Source: a virus. From it: a stretch of DNA of 64,000 nt. Every line of letters starts with the position of its first letter. Position 1 is the first letter of the stretch. This document shows positions 31,207 to 36,819 of this stretch, piece after piece. Location: positions 1 through 64,000 of the IMG/VR virus record IMGVR_UViG_3300020477_001475. One strand, written 5' to 3'. A program made the translations under genes and the position numbers. The notes beneath the pieces are model-generated. The model had not been told where the DNA came from. It saw only the letters and a list, made by a program, of their open reading frames with translations, and did not search any database.

Positions 31207-31407
31207 TTAATTACTTAAAAAACCTAAAACAGGATTATTGAATCCCCATTCACCAAGTGAACTTATTTCATCAAATCCATATAATACAACTGCTGATTCA
31301 AATGTTTCATTATCTACATCTGATGTTTCAACTGCTACTAAATCATAATCCGATGGGATACTACCTTCGAAGTCATCACTTATTGGTATAAAATCTAATT
31401 TTGTCAT
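31207..31407 (-). CDS. Acidic early protein
   Basis: 66 aa with a single basic residue; AAGGA RBS. Confidence 0.6.
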   Translation of the reverse strand: MTKLDFIPISDDFEGSIPSDYDLVAVETSDVDNETFESAVVLYGFDEISSLGEWGFNNPVLGFLSN

Positions 31408-31457
31408 TTGTTATCCTTTTCTTTTAATTGTTTATTTTAACGACCGACCGACAGATA

Positions 31458-31524
31458 ACGTTAACACAGAAAACTCACGTATGTCAACGTTTTTTTTTAA
31501 TTTTTTTTGTAACAGTTTGTAACA
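31458..31524 (-). promoter_or_regulatory. Early promoter (TTGACA-N18-TAACGT) plus direct-repeat box
   Basis: Perfect -35; TGTAACA repeat at 31508-31524 in inverted orientation. Confidence 0.75.
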
Positions 31525-31527
31525 GAA

Positions 31528-31818
31528 TTATTCATATGCTTCTTTGTAATATCGTCTGTCATCTGGTTCAAACCCTATCAAATAATTTTCATCTTCAAAA
31601 ACTATTTCATTTGATTTTTCTCTTATTAATCCAAATTCAAATTCATTGGAATATTTAGCTCCTTTATAAATTCTTCCATTTGGTATCGGTTCTTCTACTG
31701 TTTCAAAAAATTCATTAATAAGTTCTAAACCAGAAGAATCTGTGTTAAATTCATCATTAACAATGGATGAACCGAAATATAAATCATTTGGTTCAAAATT
31801 TAATTCACTAATATTCAT
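31528..31818 (-). CDS. Acidic early protein
   Basis: 96 aa, D/E-rich, AAGGA RBS. Confidence 0.6.
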   Translation of the reverse strand: MNISELNFEPNDLYFGSSIVNDEFNTDSSGLELINEFFETVEEPIPNGRIYKGAKYSNEFEFGLIREKSNEIVFEDENYLIGFEPDDRRYYKEAYE

Positions 31819-31834
31819 TTCTTTTCCTTTTTCT

Positions 31835-32047
31835 TTAATTAATTGACATTTCAGGGGTTACTATTATTTGTTCTTTATCAATTATTGTGTTTATCGGTGT
31901 TCCATAGTAGTTAGTAACACTAAGTCTAACACAACCATTCAATCTTTCATCAAAATCACACTTATAGTTAGTATCAAAAATTACTCCTTCTTTTGTATTA
32001 CCCCATTTATCAACGAAGGTTATTTTGTCGTTTACTTTTAAAGTCAT
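31835..32047 (-). CDS. Small beta-rich (SH3-like) early protein
   Basis: Likely start at MTLKVNDKITF, after an AAGGA RBS. Confidence 0.55.
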   Translation of the reverse strand: MTLKVNDKITFVDKWGNTKEGVIFDTNYKCDFDERLNGCVRLSVTNYYGTPINTIIDKEQIIVTPEMSIN

Positions 32048-32090
32048 ATTGTTTTCCTTTTCTTTTGTTTTTCCGTTAACCATACAGTAT

Positions 32091-32150
32091 ACGTTAAAGG
32101 TATTTGAGTGATCCTACAACGTTTATTTTAAATTGTTACATATTGTTACA
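32091..32150 (-). promoter_or_regulatory. Early promoter (TTGTAG-N17-TAACGT) plus direct-repeat box
   Basis: Promoter family member; box at 32134-32150. Confidence 0.75.
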
Positions 32151-32382
32151 TTTGATAGTCTTTTGTCAATCTTATTGACAAAAGGTTTGTTAATAGCTCC
32201 ATATGAAAAAAGCTACCTTGCGGCGTGCATCGATATGGGCTCCTTGGCAGGTTCTTTTTTAATAGCGAAAAACCAAATGAAGATGAATTAGTTTAGGTGT
32301 GGTGGCAATCAATTGCCCTGCCTATCATTGTGCTACGAAAATAATGATGGTGGCCAAATGAATGACCACCACCATCGTGGGA

Positions 32383-33552
32383 CTAGTTAGTTGAGGAACC
32401 CGCTTCGCTCATTTCTTCTTCCGAGAAGAGATTTTCATCAGTGCCGTCATTTATGAACTTTTGAACAATTTGTTTCACGAACGTTCTTTCAGAATCAACC
32501 CCACCAGCGTCATCATATTGAGGATAAATACTAACTTCAGCTGCTTCTTCTAACTTGAAACCATCGAATAGTAACCCAGATAATTCAACTGTCGTTCTTG
32601 TACTAATACCAAAAGGAACTCTTGCGGTTTCAGACTTTGATTCAGATCGCGTCATCGAGGCAATCTCAGAAACATTTTTCAGAATTTCACTATCTACGTG
32701 AGGAAACATATATGTAAGAAGTTCATATTCTTCTTCTTGAGACAATACATCCATTTCAACAATTGTGAAACGATCCATAAGAGCTTTGTCCATAACCCTA
32801 GTCGATGTATATTCATTACCTATATTAGCGGTGGCCACAAACGTAACCCCTTGAGCAACTTTTACAGTCGCTTGAGTATCTTGTTCATCCAACCTTAAAT
32901 ATCTTTGACCGTAATCTAATACTGTCATTAAAATATTCCAAGCGTCAGGATGAGCCCTGGATAATTCATCTAATAGTATCACCGCGTTTGGTGTTTGAAT
33001 TGCTTTAACAAAAAGTGCTTCTGAAAAGTATGTTCCAGAAGATTTTTCGAAATGTGTATTACCAATAAGAGTAGCTCGTGGATCTTGAGTCGCACCTAAG
33101 TTGAAATAAAAGTCAGGTCGATCAAGTGAGTTAACCAAAGCTTTAGCTGCCATAGTTTTACCACAACCTGCAGGCCCGGTCATCATAATATTTTTACCAC
33201 GAACAGCTGATCTTACTAAATACTTCCACTTTAATTCTTTCATCATCAACCCTTTAGGCTTCAATGAATATGAATTATGAATGAAGTTAAGTACTTCGGC
33301 GTGATCCGTTGGGATTTCCACACCCATAGTTGCCGTTTCAACAACTGGTGCAGATTCTACATTGTCAACCCTACGCCAGTAGGTCTTACCAGTAGTACCA
33401 ACAAATCTACCTAATAGATAATTCCCTTCGAAGGCTTTCCTACGGCAATTTGTGGTGATTTCAGAAGTACGCTTAATACCATCAGTATCCCAAGCGTTAA
33501 ACCGGTTACCCGATTTCTCAATCCTTACTATTAAATTTGGTGTCTTGTTCAT
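32383..33552 (-). CDS. MoxR/CbbQ/NirQ-type AAA+ ATPase
   Basis: GPAGCGKT, ILLDELSRA, FVATANIG, MDKALMDRF, ISTR. Confidence 0.9.
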   Translation of the reverse strand: MNKTPNLIVRIEKSGNRFNAWDTDGIKRTSEITTNCRRKAFEGNYLLGRFVGTTGKTYWRRVDNVESAPVVETATMGVEIPTDHAEVLNFIHNSYSLKPKGLMMKELKWKYLVRSAVRGKNIMMTGPAGCGKTMAAKALVNSLDRPDFYFNLGATQDPRATLIGNTHFEKSSGTYFSEALFVKAIQTPNAVILLDELSRAHPDAWNILMTVLDYGQRYLRLDEQDTQATVKVAQGVTFVATANIGNEYTSTRVMDKALMDRFTIVEMDVLSQEEEYELLTYMFPHVDSEILKNVSEIASMTRSESKSETARVPFGISTRTTVELSGLLFDGFKLEEAAEVSIYPQYDDAGGVDSERTFVKQIVQKFINDGTDENLFSEEEMSEAGSSTN

Positions 33553-33600
33553 TAAAAATCCTTTCTTAAAATGTTTAAATTATCGTCAACCATACACTAT

Positions 33601-33665
33601 ACGTTAATACATCCTGGCCGATCCTACAACGTTTTTGTCAAATTAAATTGTAACAATATGTAACA
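33601..33665 (-). promoter_or_regulatory. Early promoter (TTGTAG-N17-TAACGT) plus direct-repeat box
   Basis: Drives the AAA gene; box at 33649-33665. Confidence 0.75.
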
Positions 33666-33705
33666 AGATTGTGGGGGAATTTTTTTCCATATTCCTGCCC
33701 CCTCT

Positions 33706-33786
33706 AATTTAACACTGTTTGACAATACAAAACAACGTTAGTTACATATTGTTACAATTTAATGAGTGTTGATAATATGTTGATAA
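33706..33786 (-). promoter_or_regulatory. Early promoter, direct-repeat box and two DnaA-box-like 9-mers
   Basis: TTGTTT-N18-TAAATT; GTTACATATTGTTACA at 33741-33756; TGTTGATAA at 33767 and 33778. Confidence 0.6.
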
Positions 33787-33797
33787 GTATTAGGCAT

Positions 33798-33831
33798 AAA
33801 AAAAAGGCGAGAGGATTAAACTCGCCTTTTT
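33798..33831 (-). terminator. Terminator closing the non-coding transcription unit
   Basis: AAAAAGGCGAG...CTCGCCTTTTTTTT on minus. Confidence 0.8.
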
Positions 33832-33963
33832 ATAGTGTTGTAGGGGAAGAAAGGACTAAAGACCCCCACAACCGAGTGATAAACGAATAGTGAGGAGAGA
33901 ACCACGAGGGACTGGAAGTATTTCGCGACCGAACTACAATCAAGTATGGTGGTTGCTCTCTTG

Positions 33964-34036
33964 AGCGGAATCGTAGAACTGCCCTACGCTCTATACACTG
34001 GTATGTGTATCGTTTCTCTCTTGAAACCTATTCCGC
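33964..34036 (-). tRNA. Non-canonical tRNA-Gly-like RNA (anticodon-position ACC)
   Basis: GCGGAAT AG GTTTC AAGAGA GAAAC G ATACAC ATACCA GTGTAT AGAG CGTAG GGCAGTT CTACG ATTCCGC T; perfect cloverleaf, no encoded CCA. Confidence 0.75.
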
Positions 34037-34045
34037 AATTTTTTG

Positions 34046-34118
34046 AGCGGGATTTAGGAACTGCCCCTAACCCTTTACACTGGAATGTGTAACGAATCTC
34101 TCTTGATTCTTATCCCGC
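34046..34118 (-). tRNA. Non-canonical tRNA-Gly-like RNA (anticodon-position TCC)
   Basis: GCGGGAT AA GAATC AAGAGA GATTC G TTACAC ATTCCA GTGTAA AGGG TTAGG GGCAGTT CCTAA ATCCCGC T; covaries with the first copy in all four stems. Confidence 0.75.
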
Positions 34119-34417
34119 AAATGTATAACCTTTATTTAATTTTCCTGGCCCGCCGACGCCATACTTGTCGATGACAGATAAGTGACTCTTAATCCTAATC
34201 GGAGGAAATTAAATACTTTCTATGTCAAAAATCTTTTTCTAATTACTTCTGAAGTGACTTGCCCTCAGTCGAACCCCCATTGGTTACGAATTATAACCCC
34301 AGAAGCATCTCCTTAATGCCCTAACCTACTTATCAAACCGGAGAAGGCCAGTAAGTATCAAACGGGCGGTGTTACACGATTTTTAAATTCATATCATATC
34401 CTTTTCCATTATACTAT

Positions 34418-34452
34418 AATATACGGCTGATCTGCCATACAAAACAACGTTT
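34418..34452 (-). promoter_or_regulatory. Early promoter of the ncRNA unit
   Basis: AAACG-TTGTTT-N18-TATATT. Confidence 0.7.
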
Positions 34453-34460
34453 ATTTTAAA

Positions 34461-34616
34461 TTAATCTAAATAAAATTCATTTTCTATTAGGTATTCAATC
34501 TCTGCCAATTCGGCATCTGTAGGTTCTTCCACCACCATTTCTTCTTCAGTAGGTTCAGGCGTAGAAATTAAACCCAAGTTTTCTAATTCTTGAAAATATT
34601 CTTTAACTTTTGCCAT
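34461..34616 (-). CDS. Very acidic 51-aa early protein (below the track cutoff)
   Basis: MAKVKEYFQELENLGLISTPEPTEEEMVVEEPTDAELAEIEYLIENEFYLD; AAGGGA RBS; has its own promoter. Confidence 0.65.
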   Translation of the reverse strand: MAKVKEYFQELENLGLISTPEPTEEEMVVEEPTDAELAEIEYLIENEFYLD

Positions 34617-34655
34617 TCTTCAAATCCCTTTATTTATTAATTAACTTAACGATCA

Positions 34656-34715
34656 AATATACGGCGGTTCGGCCGATCCTACAACGTTTTTGTGCGATTG
34701 TTACAAATTGTTACA
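34656..34715 (-). promoter_or_regulatory. Early promoter (TTGTAG-N17-TATATT) plus direct-repeat box
   Basis: Box at 34699-34715. Confidence 0.7.
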
Positions 34716-34785
34716 TTTCAGGGCTCTTTTTATGGGTGTGCCACGCTCCAAATCCATGAAATTTACACGATTTTTACAAAATGTA

Positions 34786-34829
34786 TGTGGATAAGTGTGT
34801 GGATAACGTTATCAACAATGTTATCAACA
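34786..34829. promoter_or_regulatory. Cluster of four DnaA boxes
   Basis: TGTGGATAA at 34786 and 34798 (perfect); TTATCAACA at 34809 and 34821 (one mismatch to TTATCCACA). Confidence 0.75.
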
Positions 34830-34938
34830 GTTGAATACGCCACCCAGAAAATTTTTTTTGCGGTGTGTATATCCTTGGTCCCTCAGTAATCTCTACTAGA
34901 CACTAAAATCACTAAAAATAATTTAATGTCTGTTATCT

Positions 34939-34980
34939 AACCACTTTAAACCACTTTAAACCACCCTTCACCATTTTATA
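34939..34980. repeat. Four tandem 10-bp iteron-like repeats
   Basis: CCACTTTAAA CCACTTTAAA CCACCCTTCA CCATTTTATA. Confidence 0.55.
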
Positions 34981-35000
34981 TCTTGTAAAGTGTGTATTAT

Positions 35001-35189
35001 TTAATCTTCGTTTGGTGTTTTTACCGCGAATGTCACAACCCTAATAAATTCGTCTTCGTTGACCAAATCATTCTTTATTAGGTAGTCTTCTACTTGGAAA
35101 TCGTGGAACATCAATCTATCTGATGTAAATTCAAATCGTTTTTCCTTCGCTTCGAAGAACTCGCTCTTAACCATGTAAGTGTACGTCAT
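35001..35189 (-). CDS. Small hypothetical protein
   Basis: 62 aa, overlapping-stop coupling. Confidence 0.5.
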   Translation of the reverse strand: MTYTYMVKSEFFEAKEKRFEFTSDRLMFHDFQVEDYLIKNDLVNEDEFIRVVTFAVKTPNED

Positions 35190-35398
35190 TGCTTGGTTTC
35201 TTTCTCTTTGTTATATAAATGCCGTAGTTTTCCACCCAAACTCATATCATTGGGATTATCATAAACTAATTTTTTAATTTCTCTTTCTTTATCTTGATAT
35301 TTAGCAACTAATATCTGTAACCTACTTACTTCTTTTTCTGTTGTACTTAACGCTGATATGTAATCAGCTAGTAATTCTTTGTAATTTTGTTTATCCAT
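35186..35398 (-). CDS. Small coiled-coil protein
   Basis: Carries a PNDMSLGGKLR motif. Confidence 0.55.
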   Translation of the reverse strand: MDKQNYKELLADYISALSTTEKEVSRLQILVAKYQDKEREIKKLVYDNPNDMSLGGKLRHLYNKEKETKQ

Positions 35399-35534
35399 TG
35401 TAGTTTATATCCCTTGGATCATTGCCCATAATTTTCATTATATCTTCTGTTAATTGTTCTCTTAATGCTTCAGAAGATAGATTGGCTTGATTGTCTGCGT
35501 ATTCTTTTAATAGTTCCATTATATTACTTTTCAT
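35391..35534 (-). CDS. Small protein, NLxSxxxR family (47 aa)
   Basis: MKSNIMELLKEYADNQANLSSEALREQLTEDI. Confidence 0.55.
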   Translation of the reverse strand: MKSNIMELLKEYADNQANLSSEALREQLTEDIMKIMGNDPRDINYNG

Positions 35535-35537
35535 ATC

Positions 35538-35753
35538 TTAATACTCTCCATCGTCTTCTTGTTCTACACTAACTATAATATCATCCTTTAATACAGGACT
35601 ATTCATATGTACTTGAACAATAGAGCCACTTGCTTCAGACTCTGGAGGATTATTTTTATAATCTTCTACAACCTTTTTTGCATGTTTCTTTATCTCTTTA
35701 TTATGTTCATCATAAAATTCTAATATTTCATCTGGTAAATCAGCCTTAGTCAT
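35538..35753 (-). CDS. Small acidic hypothetical protein
   Basis: 71 aa, AAGGAG RBS. Confidence 0.55.
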   Translation of the reverse strand: MTKADLPDEILEFYDEHNKEIKKHAKKVVEDYKNNPPESEASGSIVQVHMNSPVLKDDIIVSVEQEDDGEY

Positions 35754-35837
35754 TTTTAAAACTCCTTACTAACCAGACTATAGTTGCTACTGCACCCATA
35801 CTAAATAGTCCAGTCATTATTATTGTATATAATGCTA

Positions 35838-36038
35838 TTAATATTTCTTCCATAATTTATTACACTCTTTCATTTCGTTTACAGTTAATTTAACTCTATT
35901 GAAATTTTTTATTTTATTTATAAGTTCTTCTACATAGTCCATTTCTTCAAGCTTACTACCAAAATTATTAGATGCCTTGTCTGTTTCTGATATTAGTTTT
36001 AATAATTTTTCTAATCTTTCTAATATACTTTCACTCAT
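35838..36038 (-). CDS. Small protein, tandem paralog A
   Basis: LEKL..LI...EMKECNKLWKKY. Confidence 0.6.
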   Translation of the reverse strand: MSESILERLEKLLKLISETDKASNNFGSKLEEMDYVEELINKIKNFNRVKLTVNEMKECNKLWKKY

Positions 36039-36289
36039 TTATATTTCTTCCATAAACCATTACAATGTTCCATTTCTAATTTTGTAATTCTATGATGTGG
36101 GTTAACTTTTAAATCTGCCCTTAAATCATCTACAAATTCTAAATCTTCTGTATGCCGAGGTGTAATATTACCTATCAATTTTCGTAATTTTTCTAACTTA
36201 GGTAGTATATTTTTTCGATAGTGAAAGTTTTCATTCATTCCATCGATTTTGTCCTTATCTTCTAATATATCAATCAATCTATTTGACAT
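36035..36289 (-). CDS. Small protein, tandem paralog B
   Basis: LEKLRKLI...EMEHCNGLWKKYK. Confidence 0.6.
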   Translation of the reverse strand: MSNRLIDILEDKDKIDGMNENFHYRKNILPKLEKLRKLIGNITPRHTEDLEFVDDLRADLKVNPHHRITKLEMEHCNGLWKKYK

Positions 36290-36424
36290 TTAGTGTTTTC
36301 CTCATTGTGTAAATAATACATATATAATAAATAAAATTACTCCCACACATATAGTCATTGTAATTTTTTCGATAGTACTCATAATTGACCAATATGATGG
36401 AGGGGGTTGATTCTTTTTCATATC

Positions 36425-36586
36425 TTATTCACCTAATTCTTTTAATCTATCCTTTAATTCTGCATTTTCCATTGATAATGCAACTAATTCCATTTGTCTA
36501 TCCACATTACTTGAAGCACTTAATATCGCAGTCAACATAAATCCCATAGGTGCTCCTACCATCATTCCAAATATAAATTCTAACAT
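36425..36586 (-). CDS. Small TM + coiled-coil protein (53 aa)
   Basis: MLEFIFGMMVGAPMGFMLTAILSA...; directly follows an early promoter. Confidence 0.5.
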   Translation of the reverse strand: MLEFIFGMMVGAPMGFMLTAILSASSNVDRQMELVALSMENAELKDRLKELGE

Positions 36587-36615
36587 ATTCTATTTTCCTG
36601 TTTTACTTGTATGTT

Positions 36616-36650
36616 AATATACAACTATTATTTTATATACTACAACGTTT
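36616..36650 (-). promoter_or_regulatory. Early promoter (TTGTAG-N18-TATATT)
   Basis: Promoter family member. Confidence 0.65.
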
Positions 36651-36819
36651 TTCTTCACTTGCCATATTATAAATATGTATAGGCGTATAGATAATAAATT
36701 CGATGTGGTTGTCTACGCTAATCATAAAATTTTAATTTTATGATCCACGAATGTTATATCTTTTATCCTAATCATATTTTTACAATGCGAGGAGGCGTTA
36801 TCCAAAATTTTTTTCTTCA

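Larger units (their letters stand above)
33800..34410 (-). ncRNA. ~600-nt non-coding, structured transcription unit containing the two tRNA-like elements
   Basis: Promoter at 34418-34452 and terminator at 33798-33831; no ORF of 60 aa or more; GC visibly above flanks; several closed stems. Confidence 0.6.

Noticed and set aside
32200-32245. SRP-RNA-like hairpin
   Set aside because: A GNRA loop is present but the conserved domain IV symmetric loop (CAGG/AGCA) is not.
33895-33960. Possible HDV-like/theta ribozyme right after the tRNA-like pair (CCA-GTCCCTCG-TGG)
   Set aside because: No GG for P1.1 follows the putative P1 3' strand, and no convincing P2 or J4/2 is present. A hammerhead core (CTGANGA) is also absent.
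33964-34118. Reading the pair as a CRISPR mini-array or as ordinary tRNA-Trp/Gly genes
   Set aside because: There are only two units, no spacer, and the differences are compensatory. A CCA (Trp) register lacks U33 in one copy and conflicts with the Gly-type acceptor stem. Canonical D and T loops are missing.
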